A program made the position numbers and the translations under genes. From positions 1,987 through 65,986 of the forward strand of contig JBAXBV010000012.1 of assembly GCA_037141795.1 (NCBI GenBank): a stretch of DNA of 64,000 nt, written 5' to 3'. This document shows, piece by piece, positions 20,364-31,900 of this stretch. This stretch comes from Betaproteobacteria bacterium. GTDB taxonomy: Bacteria > Pseudomonadota > Gammaproteobacteria > Burkholderiales > Ga0077523. Position 1 is the first letter of the stretch. Each line of letters starts with the position of its first letter. A model generated the notes under the pieces. That model was not told the origin of the DNA, did not search any database, and saw nothing but the letters and a program-made list of their open reading frames with translations.

Positions 20364-21365
20364 ATGCGCTGGATGTTGCCGTTGCTTCAACTGGTGTTCT
20401 GGACGACCGTATCGGCGGCGCCGTCGACCGGCCCCTATGGCCAGGAACTCGAGGGTTTCGACTACCCCTTTCCGGTGCAGCGCCACAGCTTCGAGTCCCA
20501 GGGGGAGGTCCTGTCGATGGCCTTCATGGACGTGGCGCCCCCGGTTCCCAACGGCCGCACCGTGGTGCTGCTGCACGGCAAGAACTTCTGCGCTGCCACC
20601 TGGGGTGTCACGATCACGCGCCTCACCGCCGCGGGCTTCCGCGTGATTGCCCCGGACCAGATCGGGTTCTGCAAGTCGTCGAAGCCCGCGCGCCATCAGT
20701 TCACCTTCCACCAGCTGGCCGCCAACACCCGCGCGCTGCTCGAGTCGCGCGGCGTCGGACGCGCCATCGTGGTCGGCCATTCGATGGGCGGGATGCTGGC
20801 CGCGCGCCACGCCCTCCTGTTCCCGGGCAGCGTGGAGCGGCTGGTCATGGTGAATCCGCTTGGACTGGAGGACTGGCTGGCCGAGGGCGTGCCCTACTCC
20901 AGTGTCGACCAGTCCTACCGCAACGAACTGCGCACCACCGCGGAGACCCTCCGCAACTATCAGCTCAGGTACTACTACAACGGCCGCTGGAAGCCCGAAT
21001 ACGACCAGTGGGTCGACATGGCTGCCGGCCTCTACGGCGGCAGCGGCCGGGAGCGTGTCGCCTGGAACCAGGCCCTCACCCTGGACATGATCTTCACCCA
21101 GCCGGTGCTGTACGAATTCCCGCGGCTGCGCGTCCCGACCGCCCTGTTCATCGGCGGCATGGACCGCACCGCACCCGGCGCTGCCCGTGCGCCGGCCGAG
21201 GTCGCGCAACGGCTCGGTGACTACCCCATGCTCGGGCGCCGCGCCGCCGCGGCCATCCCCGGCGCGAAGCTGGTGGAATTCCCCGACCTCGGGCACTCGC
21301 CCCAGGTCGAGGCGCCGGACCGCTTCCACGACGCCCTGCTCGAGGTCCTGCGCGATCCCGGCTGA
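20364..21365 (+). CDS. Secreted alpha/beta hydrolase
   Basis: Signal peptide, LLHGKNF, nucleophile elbow GHSMGG. Confidence 0.85.
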   Translation: MRWMLPLLQLVFWTTVSAAPSTGPYGQELEGFDYPFPVQRHSFESQGEVLSMAFMDVAPPVPNGRTVVLLHGKNFCAATWGVTITRLTAAGFRVIAPDQIGFCKSSKPARHQFTFHQLAANTRALLESRGVGRAIVVGHSMGGMLAARHALLFPGSVERLVMVNPLGLEDWLAEGVPYSSVDQSYRNELRTTAETLRNYQLRYYYNGRWKPEYDQWVDMAAGLYGGSGRERVAWNQALTLDMIFTQPVLYEFPRLRVPTALFIGGMDRTAPGAARAPAEVAQRLGDYPMLGRRAAAAIPGAKLVEFPDLGHSPQVEAPDRFHDALLEVLRDPG

Positions 21366-21446
21366 CGCGCCAGCCGGCGCGCGGCCGCCCGACCGAGGGA
21401 TCTCGTCAGCGGCAGACCCATCCGACCACAGCCCAGGGAGGCTCCC

Positions 21447-21848
21447 GTGTCACGACCCGAAATCCAGTTCCTCAACCCGCCCGGCATTGCTCGCGTCGGC
21501 ACCTTCTCCCAGGTGGCCGTGTCGCAGGGCGGCCGCCTGGTGCACGTCAGTGGCCAGCTGGCCTGGAACGAGAAGCTGGAACTCATCGCTCCCGGCGACC
21601 TGGAGGCACAGACCGACCAGGTCTTCGCCAATCTCGGCATCGCCCTGGCCGCCGCGGGCGCCGGCTTCCGCGACGTGGTCAAGCTCACCACCTACGTGGT
21701 CGACCTCCAGCCTGCCGATCGCATCGTCATCGCCAGCATCCGCAACCGGCACCTGCAGGGCCATCTGCCTGCCAGCACCCTGGTCGGCGTCGCCGCCCTG
21801 GTCGAGGCCGGCGCCCGCATCGAAGTCGAAGCTCTCGCCGTCATCTGA
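21447..21848 (+). CDS. RidA/YjgF/TdcF family protein
   Basis: 133 aa with GTG start. VSGQLAW...DVVKLTTYV...IEVEALAV is typical of RidA-like proteins. Confidence 0.85.
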   Translation: MSRPEIQFLNPPGIARVGTFSQVAVSQGGRLVHVSGQLAWNEKLELIAPGDLEAQTDQVFANLGIALAAAGAGFRDVVKLTTYVVDLQPADRIVIASIRNRHLQGHLPASTLVGVAALVEAGARIEVEALAVI

Positions 21849-22171
21849 CCGCCAGACCGCCGAACCGCTGCGGGGTGGCGTCCTGCACGCGCCCTGTTGC
21901 CGAATGTCTCGGGCGTGCGGTCGGCGCACGGGGGCCGGTGCGCAGTTCGCTGATCGCCAGGGGGTTGGTCCGGAGTCCCGGTCATGGCGACACGGCGTTC
22001 ACCGTGCCGCCGTCCGACGCCTTCATGAAGCGGATCATGCCTGGCGGGGCCCGGTGCGCCGGATGGTTGTCTGCGTGCCCGTGAGCTCACGAGCCCGGCC
22101 GACGGCCGTCATCTCCCGCCATGATGGGTGGCGCGCATTCGGGCGCCAGGCCTGCCATCCCCGGAAGGTGG

Positions 22172-22558
22172 TCAGGGCGCCGCGTCCGCTGGCGCCTCGA
22201 TGAAGGCGAGGATCTTCCACATCTCTTCCTCGGTCAGCTTGCCCTTCCAGGCCGGCATCTGGGTGCCCTTGCGGCCGTTGATCACGATCCTGAGGAACTG
22301 CTGCCCCTTGAGCCGGGACTTGCGCAGGTTGGGTCCGCGGGATCCCGTGTCCGCGTGGCAGATATAGCAGGTGCTTCGGTAGAGCCGCCGGCCCTCGGTG
22401 ATGGCGGCGGCGTCGCCGGAGAAGGGGTTTTCCGAGTGCTCCCAGACATACCCGTCCTGGGGCTCCGCCCTGGGCGGCTGGTGGGCCTGGGCGGCAGCGC
22501 CGGTGGGCGCGCCCAGCAGCGCCGCCGCCAGGGCGACGCTGCCGGCGAGCCGGTTCAC
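22172..22558 (-). CDS. Class I c-type cytochrome (probable electron acceptor of the PQQ dehydrogenase)
   Basis: Track ORF 22172..22738(-), with start moved to GTG (VNRLAGSVALAAALLGAPTGAAAQA signal peptide). Single CYICH haem motif and a distal Met (GTQMPAW). Confidence 0.8.
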   Translation of the reverse strand: MNRLAGSVALAAALLGAPTGAAAQAHQPPRAEPQDGYVWEHSENPFSGDAAAITEGRRLYRSTCYICHADTGSRGPNLRKSRLKGQQFLRIVINGRKGTQMPAWKGKLTEEEMWKILAFIEAPADAAP

Positions 22559-22643
22559 GGTCGGGCGGCGGGACGCGTACCCGCCTTCCGCGCCAGGGCC
22601 TGCGGCGGGTGCGCGCGCGGTTGCAGGCACCGGAGCCGCGGGG

Positions 22644-24398
22644 TCACTTGACCGGCAACGGACTGAGGGCACCGTCGATCTCCTCGGAAGCCCACGGGCC
22701 GGCGGCGGCCTTCCCGGGCGCCAGGCCGTCCAGGGCAAAGACGTGGAGCATGCTGCCCTTCGGTCCCTTGTAGTAGAAGCTCGGGTCCCCGCCCAGCCCG
22801 GAAAGAATGGCGACGTACTGCCGGCCGCCGATCTCGTAGGTGATGGGCGAGGCGTTGATGCCGGAGCCGGTCTGGAAGCGCCAGAGCACCTTGCCGCTGC
22901 GGGCGTCGGCCGCGAAGAAGAAGCCCTGCTGGTCGCCCGTGAAGACCAGGCCGCTGCGGGTCGCGAGGACGCCGGCGAACAGCGGCAGCGGGCTCGGAAT
23001 CTCCCACAGCCACTTCCTCTTCTGCACGTCGAAGGCCCGCAGGCGGCCGATGGTTTCGGAGATGCGGTGCATCTTGTAGTCCATCCCCATGTACACCTTT
23101 CCGGGCTCGTACCTGATGTCTTCCGGCTTGTATCCGGTCAGGGCCATGGCCCAGGTGTTGGTGGGCACAAAGGCCACGCCCGTGTCGGGATTGAAGGCCA
23201 TGGGGAACCAGTTGGTGCCGCCCTCGAGGCCGGGTACGATGGGCAGCACCGCCTTGCCGTCGGCGAGCGGGCGCCTGGCCTCGTTCACGTTCGGGCGGCC
23301 GGTGACGGGGTCGAGGCCGGTCGTCCAGTTGATGCCGTCGACCGTGGGCACCGCGTACAGGAACTTCCCGCTGGTGCGGTCGAGGACATAGAAGAAGCCG
23401 TTGCGGTTGCTCTGCAGGGCGGCCTTGACGGTCTTGCCCCCCAGCCTGATGTCCGCGAGGATCGGGGCATTGTTTCCGTCGTAGTCCCAGCCGTCGTTGG
23501 GCGTGTACTGGAAGCCCCACTGGATCCGGCCGGTGTCGGGGTCGAGGGCGATCAGGGATGCGGTCCACTTGTTGTCGCCCTTGCGCAGATCGGAGTTCCA
23601 GGGCCCCGGGTTGCCCGTGCCCCAGTAGAGCAGGTTCAGGGCGGGGTCGAAGGCTCCGGATTGCCAGGTGGCGCCACCGCCGGTCTTCCAGGTGTCGCCA
23701 GGCCAGGATTCGTGCCCGGCATCCCCGGGGCCCGGGACCGTGTAGGTGGTCCACTGGTCCGCGCCGGTCCGTGCGTCGAAGGCCTGGAGGTAGCCGCGGA
23801 CGCCGTACTCGCCGCCCGCGATGCCGGCGATCACGCGGCCCTTGACGATCATCGGGGCACCTGTGGCCGAGATGCCGGATTTCCAGTCGCCGAGGGTCTT
23901 CTCCCAGGCCACCTTGCCGTCCGCCCGGTTGAGGGCCACGAGGCGGGCGTCGAGGGTCAGCACGTAGACGAGATCACCGTAGACGGCCACTCCCCGGTTC
24001 ACGGGGCCGCAGCACAGCACCGTGCCCAGCCCTTCGGGTTCCTCGGGGGCCCAGTGCCAGAGGGTGCGTCCCGTGGCGGCGTCGAAGGCGTAGACGTGGG
24101 AATGGGCCGCGGTGGCGTAGAGCACGCCGTCGCTGACGATGGGCGTGGCCTCGAGTCCGTCGAGGGTGTTCAGGGAGGCTGTCCACACCGGGCGGAGCTT
24201 CGCGACGTTCCCGGGCTTGATCCGGGTGAGCGGGCTGAAGCGCTGGTTGTCGTAGGTGCGCCCGTAGAGGAGCCATTCCCCGCGGTTGCGGGCGGCGTCG
24301 ACGAGCGCCCCATCGTCCGGACCGGCCTGTGCCGGGCCGACGACGGACATGGCGGCCGCGAGCAGGGCGGCGTATTGCAGGATCACGAAACGCTTCAC
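22644..24398 (-). CDS. PQQ-dependent alcohol dehydrogenase (methanol/ethanol family)
   Basis: Track ORF 22644..24437(-), with start moved to GTG after a GGGGAG SD. Vicinal disulfide LCCGPVNRG, W-docking repeats, and NDGWDYDGNNAP containing D-Y-D. Confidence 0.9.
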   Translation of the reverse strand: MKRFVILQYAALLAAAMSVVGPAQAGPDDGALVDAARNRGEWLLYGRTYDNQRFSPLTRIKPGNVAKLRPVWTASLNTLDGLEATPIVSDGVLYATAAHSHVYAFDAATGRTLWHWAPEEPEGLGTVLCCGPVNRGVAVYGDLVYVLTLDARLVALNRADGKVAWEKTLGDWKSGISATGAPMIVKGRVIAGIAGGEYGVRGYLQAFDARTGADQWTTYTVPGPGDAGHESWPGDTWKTGGGATWQSGAFDPALNLLYWGTGNPGPWNSDLRKGDNKWTASLIALDPDTGRIQWGFQYTPNDGWDYDGNNAPILADIRLGGKTVKAALQSNRNGFFYVLDRTSGKFLYAVPTVDGINWTTGLDPVTGRPNVNEARRPLADGKAVLPIVPGLEGGTNWFPMAFNPDTGVAFVPTNTWAMALTGYKPEDIRYEPGKVYMGMDYKMHRISETIGRLRAFDVQKRKWLWEIPSPLPLFAGVLATRSGLVFTGDQQGFFFAADARSGKVLWRFQTGSGINASPITYEIGGRQYVAILSGLGGDPSFYYKGPKGSMLHVFALDGLAPGKAAAGPWASEEIDGALSPLPVK

Positions 24399-24730
24399 GA
24401 GAGACTCCCCTGTAAAAAGAAGTGGTTCCAGCCGCACCCAGACCGCGATGCGCTCGATTCCGTGACAGGACCGCCCGGTCTGGCGCCGGGATCCGGTGGC
24501 AGGCGTCCCCCGCCGGCGGGACGCCGCGGGCGACCGTGACTCCCGGCAATGCGTCCGGCCATCTGCCGGATCCGCACGGGTCGGCGGGAGCCACTGGCGC
24601 GGACTGCCGGCCGCGCCAATCGAGAACGAGCGTAACTTGGCCGGGTTCCGTGGGCAAGTTGGACAGCCACGCCTGCCCGGTGACCGTACGCGTCTCCGGC
24701 GACGGGTGCATCCCGGAACCCGCCGCGCGG

Positions 24731-25399
24731 TCAGGTTCCCGGCAGGTCGATCTTCACCCTGCCGGCATCCGGCGACGTCAGGAAGGGAATGTCCGCCAGC
24801 AGGGGCGCCTGAAGGCGTTGCCCCAGGGTCTCGAGGTTATCGCCAGCGGCCTCCATGGCGGGGTCGATCCGGTTGGCGACCCAGCCGGCGAGGGTCAGTC
24901 CGCGCTGCAGGACGGCGTCCCGGGTGAGCAGCGCGTGGTTGATGCAGCCGAGCCGCAGCCCCACCACCAGAACCACCGGCAGGGCGAGGCGGGTGGCGAG
25001 GTCGGCGAACGTGTCGCGATCTCCCAGCGGCACCAGGAAGCCACCGGCACCTTCCACCACGACGGCATCCGCGCGGGCGGACAGCGCCCGGAACCGCGCC
25101 ACGAGGAGATCGATGTCGATCGTCACGCCGTGCCGGGCGGCCGCGATGTGGGGGGCGATGGCCTCGTGAAAGAGGTAGGGATTGGTCTCCGCGAGCGGGG
25201 CCTCCACGTTGCCGGCGGCGCGCAGGGCGGCGACATCCTCGTTGTGCCACCGGCCCTCCACCGTGACGCAGCCCGCGGCCACGGGCTTCATGCCGGCGGC
25301 CCGCAGGCCCCGGCGACGCAGGGCGTGCAGCAGGGCCGCGGACACCAGGGTCTTGCCGACCCCGGTGTCGGTGCCCGTGACGAAGAAGCTGCCGCTCAC
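24731..25399 (-). CDS. bioD: Dethiobiotin synthetase
   Basis: Last 222 aa of ORF 24731..26551(-). The GTG start overlaps the bioA stop (GTGA). P-loop GTDTGVGKT. Confidence 0.9.
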   Translation of the reverse strand: MSGSFFVTGTDTGVGKTLVSAALLHALRRRGLRAAGMKPVAAGCVTVEGRWHNEDVAALRAAGNVEAPLAETNPYLFHEAIAPHIAAARHGVTIDIDLLVARFRALSARADAVVVEGAGGFLVPLGDRDTFADLATRLALPVVLVVGLRLGCINHALLTRDAVLQRGLTLAGWVANRIDPAMEAAGDNLETLGQRLQAPLLADIPFLTSPDAGRVKIDLPGT

Positions 25400-26730
25400 G
25401 ACGGCACCGCCGCGTCCAGTGCCTGCCGCGCGGCCGCGACGATCAGGTCGAACTGGGCATCGTCGAGCACGTAGGGCGGCATGAAGTAGACGGTGCGGCC
25501 CAGGGGAACGAGAAGCACCCCGGCCGCGAGCGCCGCCCGGGTGAAACGTTGCGCAAAGCCGCGGGCCGCTCCGGGCACATCGAAGGCCCAGACCATGCCC
25601 GTGCGGCGGAAGTGGGCGACCCGGGGGTCGGCCGCGAGCGGCCCGGCGAGGACGTCGAAGCGCCGGGCGGCTTCGGCATTGCGGGCCAGCACCCCGTCGC
25701 CATCGAAGAGATCGAGGACGGCGAGCGCGGCGCGGCACGCCAGCGGGTTGCCCGTGTACGAGTGGGAGTGCAGGAAGCCGCGGGCGGCGCTGTCGTCGTA
25801 GAAGGCGTCGTGGATGCGGTCGGCCGACAGCACCACGGAAAGGGGCAGGAAGCCTCCCGTGATGCCCTTCGACAGGCACAGGAAGTCGGGCCGGATGGCC
25901 GCCTGCTCGTGGGCAAACAGGGTGCCGGTGCGCCCGAACCCCACGGCGATCTCGTCGGCGATGAGGTGGACATCGTGCCGGTCGCACAGGGCGCGCACGT
26001 GCCGGAGGTACGACGGGTCGTGCATGGCCATGGCCCCGGCGCACTGGATGAGCGGCTCCACGATGATCGCGGCCGTCTCGCCCGCGCGGGCTTCCAGGTG
26101 GGTTTCCACGTGGCCGGCCATGCGCCTGGCGAAGTCGGCGGCGGTCTCCCCCGGCTCGGCGCGACGCCAGTCCGGGGACGGCACCGCGTGGGCCGGGCGC
26201 ACCAGCGGCTCGTAGGCCTGACGAAACAGCGGCACATCCGTCACGCCGAGCGCCCCGAGGGTCTCGCCGTGATAGCCGCCCTCCACGCACAGGAAGCGGT
26301 TCTTTCCCGGTCGGCCGGCGTTGCGCCAGAAGTGGGCGCTCATCTTCAGCGCGATTTCCGTGGCGGACGCGCCGTCCGAGGCGAAGAAGGCGTGGCCGAG
26401 CGCGCCCCCGGTCCGGGCGGACAGGGCTTCCGCGAGGCGCACCACGGGCTCGTGGGTGAAGCCCGCCAGGATCACGTGTTCCAGCCGGTCGAGCTGGTCG
26501 CGCACCGCCGCGCCGATGCGGGGCTCGCAGTGGCCGAACAGGTTCACCCACCAGGAGCTGATGGCATCCAGATAGCGGGTTCCGTCGGCATCGAACAGCC
26601 AGGGCCCCTCGCCCCGGACCATCGGGACGAGCGGCACAGACTCGTGCACCTTCATCTGGGTGGCGGGGTGCCAGACCGCCCGCCGGCTGCGCGCCGCGAG
26701 GTCGGCATTGCGGGAGGTGGCGCCGGTCAT
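25396..26730 (-). CDS. bioA: Adenosylmethionine-8-amino-7-oxononanoate aminotransferase
   Basis: Last 444 aa of ORF 25396..27717(-), starting [11 protein letters not shown]. Class III aminotransferase motifs: [30 protein letters not shown]. Confidence 0.9.
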   Translation of the reverse strand: MTGATSRNADLAARSRRAVWHPATQMKVHESVPLVPMVRGEGPWLFDADGTRYLDAISSWWVNLFGHCEPRIGAAVRDQLDRLEHVILAGFTHEPVVRLAEALSARTGGALGHAFFASDGASATEIALKMSAHFWRNAGRPGKNRFLCVEGGYHGETLGALGVTDVPLFRQAYEPLVRPAHAVPSPDWRRAEPGETAADFARRMAGHVETHLEARAGETAAIIVEPLIQCAGAMAMHDPSYLRHVRALCDRHDVHLIADEIAVGFGRTGTLFAHEQAAIRPDFLCLSKGITGGFLPLSVVLSADRIHDAFYDDSAARGFLHSHSYTGNPLACRAALAVLDLFDGDGVLARNAEAARRFDVLAGPLAADPRVAHFRRTGMVWAFDVPGAARGFAQRFTRAALAAGVLLVPLGRTVYFMPPYVLDDAQFDLIVAAARQALDAAVPS

Positions 26731-27911
26731 GGTGCGGCTTCCCCGAGGGCCGGCTCGGCCGCGTGGAGATCCCACCCTGCCAGTGCGTGCAGGAGGCGGT
26801 CGACCTGTTCCGCGGTGTGGGCGGCCGACAGGGAAATGCGCAGGCGCGCCGTGCCCGGGGGCACCGTGGGCGGGCGGATCGCCGGGACCCAGAGGTCCTG
26901 TGCCCAGAGGCGCCGCATCCAGCCCACGGCCGCGGCGTTGTCGCCGATCAGCACGGGGTGGATCGCAGTGGCCGAGGGCAGGGTCCGGAACGGCAACCCG
27001 GCGAGGCCGGCCTGCAGACGGCCCGCGAGGCGATGCAGGTGTTCCCGGCGCCAGGGCTCGTCGCGCATCACTCGCAGGCTCGCCCGGACGGCGGCGGCGA
27101 TGAGCGGGGGCGTGGCCGTGGTGAAGACGTAAGTGCGCGCTCGCTGGACGAGCCACGCGATGGCATCTTCCGGTCCCGCCAGGAAGGCGCCCGCGACGCC
27201 GGCAGCCTTGCCCAGCGTGCCGAGATGCAGCAGGCGTTCCGAGGTGACGCCCAGATGCGCGGGGGTGCCCTCGCCTCCGGGGCCGAGGACGCCGAATCCA
27301 TGGGCGTCGTCCAGCAGCAGCCACGCGTCGAAGCGTTCGCACAGGGCCACCAGGTCCGCCAGGGGCGCGAGGTCGGCGTCCATGCTGAAGACGGCATCGG
27401 ACAGCACGACCTTGCGGCGGGCCGGGCTGGCGGCCAGCAGGGACTCGAGCCGGTCCAAGTCCGCGTGGGGGTAGACATGCACCGTGGCGCGGGACAGGCG
27501 GGCGCCGTCGATCAGGCAGGCGTGGTTCAGGGCGTCGGAGAAGACCGCGTCGCCGGGGCCCGCCAGTGCCGGGACGATGCCGGTGTTGGCCTGATAGCCC
27601 GACGAGAAGAAGAGGGCACGGGGCCGGCGCACGAAGGCCGCGAGTTCCGCCTCCAGCAGCTCGTGCTCCTCGTGGTGGCCCGAGATCAGGTGGGAGGCGG
27701 CCGCGCCCACGCCGCAACGCCAGATGGCCTCGATGGCCGCCCGGGCAAGCGCGGGGTGGGCCGCAAGGCCCAGGTAGTCGTTGGAGGCGAAGGCGAGCAT
27801 CCTGGTGCCGTCCACCTCCAGCAGGGGACCCTGCGCGCCCCGCACCACGCGCCGGGTGCGCAGCAGGCCGTCGGCCTCCAGCGCCGCGAGGCCTTCGGCG
27901 AGCCAGGCCAT
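26727..27911 (-). CDS. bioF: 8-amino-7-oxononanoate synthase
   Basis: 394 aa. [23 protein letters not shown] (PLP lysine). The stop overlaps the bioA ATG (ATGA). Confidence 0.9.
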   Translation of the reverse strand: MAWLAEGLAALEADGLLRTRRVVRGAQGPLLEVDGTRMLAFASNDYLGLAAHPALARAAIEAIWRCGVGAAASHLISGHHEEHELLEAELAAFVRRPRALFFSSGYQANTGIVPALAGPGDAVFSDALNHACLIDGARLSRATVHVYPHADLDRLESLLAASPARRKVVLSDAVFSMDADLAPLADLVALCERFDAWLLLDDAHGFGVLGPGGEGTPAHLGVTSERLLHLGTLGKAAGVAGAFLAGPEDAIAWLVQRARTYVFTTATPPLIAAAVRASLRVMRDEPWRREHLHRLAGRLQAGLAGLPFRTLPSATAIHPVLIGDNAAAVGWMRRLWAQDLWVPAIRPPTVPPGTARLRISLSAAHTAEQVDRLLHALAGWDLHAAEPALGEAAP

Positions 27912-27915
27912 GGTG

Positions 27916-28896
27916 TCAGAGGGGCTGCATGCCGAGCCGGGACAGCAGGGCGCGGTCGCGTTCCGTGTCGGGGTTGCCCGTGGTGAGCAGGCGGTCCCCG
28001 TAGAAGATGGAGTTGGCCCCGGCGAGGAAGCACAGGGCCTGGGCCTCGTCGCTCATGTGCGACCGGCCGGCCGACAGGCGGACGAAAGCCTTCGGCATGG
28101 TGATGCGTGCCGCCGCGATGACCCGCACGAAGTCGAGGATATCCACCCGCTGCTCGCCGTGCAGGGGAGTTCCCTCCACCTGCACGAGGGCGTTGATCGG
28201 CACCGATTCGGGATAGGGGTCCAGGTTGGCCAGCTGGGCGATCAGTCCGGCCCGGTCGTCCACGCCTTCGCCCATGCCCACGATCCCGCCGCAGCACACG
28301 TGGAGTCCGGCCGCCCGCACGCGCTGGAGCGTGGCGAGCCGGTCTTCGTACTGGCGCGTGGAGATGATGTCGCCGTAGTGTTCGGGCGAGGTGTCCAGGT
28401 TGTGGTTGTAGTAGTCGAGGCCGGCGTCGCGGAGCTGCTCGGCCTGACCATCCTTGAGCAATCCCAGCGTCGCGCAGGTCTCCAGGCCGAGCCCCTTGAC
28501 CGCCCGCACCATGTCGGCCACCTGGGCGAGGTCGCGCTGCTTCGGGCCGCGCCAGGCGGCACCCATGCAGAAGCGCGAGGCCCCCGCCGCGCGGGCTGCC
28601 GTGGCCGCCGCCACCACGTCGTCGATGGCCATCAGGGGTTCGTCCTCCACGCCGGTCCGGAAGCGCGCCGACTGGGGACAGTAGGCGCAGTCCTCGGGAC
28701 AGCCACCGGTCTTGATGGACAGCAGGGTGGAGAACTGCACCCGGGTCGGGTCGAAGTGTTCCCGGTGCACGGTCTGCGCCCGGAAGAGCAGATCGGGCAG
28801 GGGCAGCGCCAGCAGATCGGCGACCGCCGCAGGGGTCCACCGGAGCTGGACGGGGTGGGTCTCGGAAACGGGGGCAGCGGTGTCGAAGGGAGCCAA
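27916..28896 (-). CDS. bioB: Biotin synthase (radical SAM)
   Basis: 326 aa with [10 protein letters not shown] radical-SAM motif. The only in-frame start is TTG at 28896. Confidence 0.9.
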   Translation of the reverse strand: MAPFDTAAPVSETHPVQLRWTPAAVADLLALPLPDLLFRAQTVHREHFDPTRVQFSTLLSIKTGGCPEDCAYCPQSARFRTGVEDEPLMAIDDVVAAATAARAAGASRFCMGAAWRGPKQRDLAQVADMVRAVKGLGLETCATLGLLKDGQAEQLRDAGLDYYNHNLDTSPEHYGDIISTRQYEDRLATLQRVRAAGLHVCCGGIVGMGEGVDDRAGLIAQLANLDPYPESVPINALVQVEGTPLHGEQRVDILDFVRVIAAARITMPKAFVRLSAGRSHMSDEAQALCFLAGANSIFYGDRLLTTGNPDTERDRALLSRLGMQPL

Positions 28897-28916
28897 GGGC
28901 GGTCTCGCGCAAGAGA

Positions 28917-28960
28917 TGTCAAACGCCGGAGATGATAGCGTTTGACAGCGGCCCTGGGAA
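28917..28960 (-). promoter_or_regulatory. bio operator-like palindrome overlapping a candidate sigma70 promoter
   Basis: Perfect inverted repeat TGTCAAACGC-N11-GCGTTTGACA (28917..28947), equivalent to TGTCAAAC-N15-GTTTGACA. On the - strand TTCCCA-N17-TATCAT lies at 28960..28932, putting the -10 at the palindrome centre. This is 21 nt upstream of the bioB start. Confidence 0.5.
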
Positions 28961-28971
28961 TGTCCCGTTTG

Positions 28972-31900
28972 TCAGTCTCCGGAACGGGGCCGTCTGCGGC
29001 CGGGACCCCGCACCGGGGCCGGAAGGGCGCGCGGGTCGATCAGCGCCCGATGGCGGTCGCGGATCGCCTGGGCCTGGTCGGGGTTGCCCGCGCGGTTGTG
29101 GAGGTCCGCAAGATGACGCCAGAGTTCCACCGGGGCGGTCGGGTTCTCCACCACGCGTTCGAAGAGGTCGATCGCCTCGGGCAGCCGCCCGGCTTCCTCG
29201 AGGCTGCGCCCGGCGCCGAGCAGCATGCGGCGCAGGCGGCTGGCGGCCCGCACCCGGGCGGGGAGCATCCACGCGTGGGGCTCTTCCAGTTCCAGGAAGC
29301 TGCCGCGATACCGATCGAGCGCCGACCGGGTGGCCGCGAGCCGCCCGCTGGCGTCGCGGGCCGCCTCGGCAAGCCCCGCCCAGCGTTCGAAACTGAGGAG
29401 ATCCACCCAGCAGACCCGGGTGTTGATCGTCACCTTGCCGTCCGCCACCAAAACGGCATCCTCGCGACCGAGCAAGCGCCGCAGGCGCAACAGCGCCACG
29501 TCGAAGGTCTTGCGGGCCGAGTCGCCCTCGGACTCCGGCCAGAGCCGATCGACGATCGCCCCGACGGCGATGCCGCGGCCGCCCATTGCCACCAGACATT
29601 TCAGCAGTTCGAGGGGCCGCTTCTGTGCCTTGCCGTGGAACATGACCGCCACCCCGTCCACGGCGATAGTGAAGCGGCCCAGCGTGTACACGCGCACGGG
29701 CCAGGGCCAGGCATCGCTGTGGGGCGCTGGCGCCTCGAGTCCGCGCGCCCGGATCCAGTTGCCGATCTCCGGGCGGGCGAACTCGAGTTCCAGGGCGCGG
29801 GCGGCGAGCCGGGCGAGCAGCGCGTCATCCGGCCAGGGGGAACTGGCGACACAGGTCAGATCGGTCCCGTCCCGGACCGCCTCCCGCAGGGCGGCATCGC
29901 CATCCGGGGCATGGCCCCGCTCCAGATGGCAGTGGGCGCGCCAGAGCTGTACCCGTCGCTCGAGCAGGGGGCTGCCGATCTCCCTCGCGACCGACAGGCC
30001 CTCGTCGAGGTGCGCGATCGCCGTTTCGGGCTGCCCGGCCAGGGCCCGCAGTTGCCCTGCCCGAAGCAACCCCCGCCCGAGGGCGAGGGAAGGTCCCGGT
30101 CCGCGGTCGCGGGCAAGGGCGAGGTCGTGAACCCGCGCCGCATCGGAAAATGCACCGGCCGCCGTCAGCTCGGCGATCCGCGGCGTGACGAAAGCGTCGG
30201 CGACGAATTCCCGGGCAGCCGATTCCCCGGGCGGCAGCCGCGCCCCCACGCGCCGGAGCGCGGCATCGAGTCCCGCTCCGTCGACGAAGAGCTCGAGCCA
30301 GCGCCGGGACCGCGCCGGCAGGCGGATCGGTGGATCCGACCCCGTCGGTGCGCCCGCACTCCCGTTCGCGCCAGCGGCTGGCGCGAGCGCGTGGAGCAGC
30401 GACGACAGGACGCGTCGGGCACCCGTGGGCATCGCCCGCGCATCCGCGTCCACGATGGCAGCGGCCGTGGAGACGTTGCCCCGCCAGAACTGGAAGGCCG
30501 CGGCAAAGGCCGTGAGGTGCAGGGTGCGATCGGGGTCGAGGATGTGCGGGCGCAGCGTCAGTGCCCGGTCCGCCCAGTTCGCGAGCCCCGGGTGCCCGAA
30601 ACGCCAGCGGAGTGCCTCGGTGCCCTGGGCGAGGACGCGGGCCTCGAGGTCCGAGGCGGTTTCCGGGCCTCCGGGCAGCGGGAGCCCCAGCAGCCGGTCG
30701 ACCCAGTGGGTCAGCGTGGCTGCATCGGCGCCGGCAGCGGCCAGGCTTTCCACCACGGCGGCACAGGAAAGCACACGGCCCCTGGCATCGCCGCGGGCGT
30801 CGAAGACCCGGAAGGCAGTTTGCAGGATGGGCCCGGCGCCCGTCGGTTCCGTCCGGTTGCGGTGCAGGCCCTGCCAGTAGAGAAGCCATGGATCGGAGCC
30901 CGCGCCACCCGGCAGGCAGGAGATCCACCGATCGAGTTCCTCCAGGCGGTCCGCCGCGGCCAGCGCCGGCGCAGCGCGCACCAGAGCCTGCACGAGTTCA
31001 GGCCAGGTGGCGAGGTCGCGATACAGGGGCAGGGCCGCTTCGGGTTCTCCGTCGGCTTCCAGGCAGGCCGCCGCCGCGCGCACGAGGGCCATCCGCTCCT
31101 CGGGCCCGCGGAGGGTCTCCAGGCGCGCTCGCAGCGTCTCGCGCAACAGGGGATGGAACTCGAAACGGTCCGGCCCGGCCCGGGTGCGGTGGACAAACCA
31201 CTGCCGATCCGCAAGCGGCCGGAGGACTTCGCGGATCCTGTCCTGCCCCGTCAGTGCGAGGGCCAGCCCGGTATCGACATGGGGTGCGACGGAGAGCGTC
31301 GCCAGCCAGTCCAGCGCCGGGCCGTCGAGTCCGTCGAGGACGTGCTCGCGGAAGAACCCGAGGATGGTCGCGCCCCCGGCGTCCGCATCGCCGGCCGGCC
31401 TGCACAGCGCCACGCCCGCCATCCAGCCCCCGACCCGCTGCCGGTTCCGGTCGGCCGCCTCGCGGCCCGGCTCGCCCTGCCGGGCATGGAGGGTGTCGAA
31501 CTCGGCGTCGGTCAGACGCAGGTTTTCCCAGCCGAGACGCCCGAGAAGTCCGTAGGCCTCGAGCCGGGCCAGAGTCGCAGGGGGAGGGGCCCGGCTGGCC
31601 ACCAGAAGCTGCCCCCGGGGCGGAAGGCAGTCCGCCATGGCCTCGATCGCCGCGGACAATGCGGGCGAATCGGCCGCGTGGTGATCGTCCAGGACCACCA
31701 CGGCCGGCCACGGTATCGCGCCCATGATGGTCTGGATGCCGGCATTTCCCGGGGGGGCGGCGTCGGTTCCGGCGTGCGCCACCGCGGCGGCCAGGGAGGC
31801 CCCGAAGACCGGCGCTTCGCCGTCGGCGGGCTCGAGCCGCAGCCAGATCACCGGCAGGCCGGTGTCGCGGGCGTACGCAGCGGCAGCCCAGGTCTTGCCG

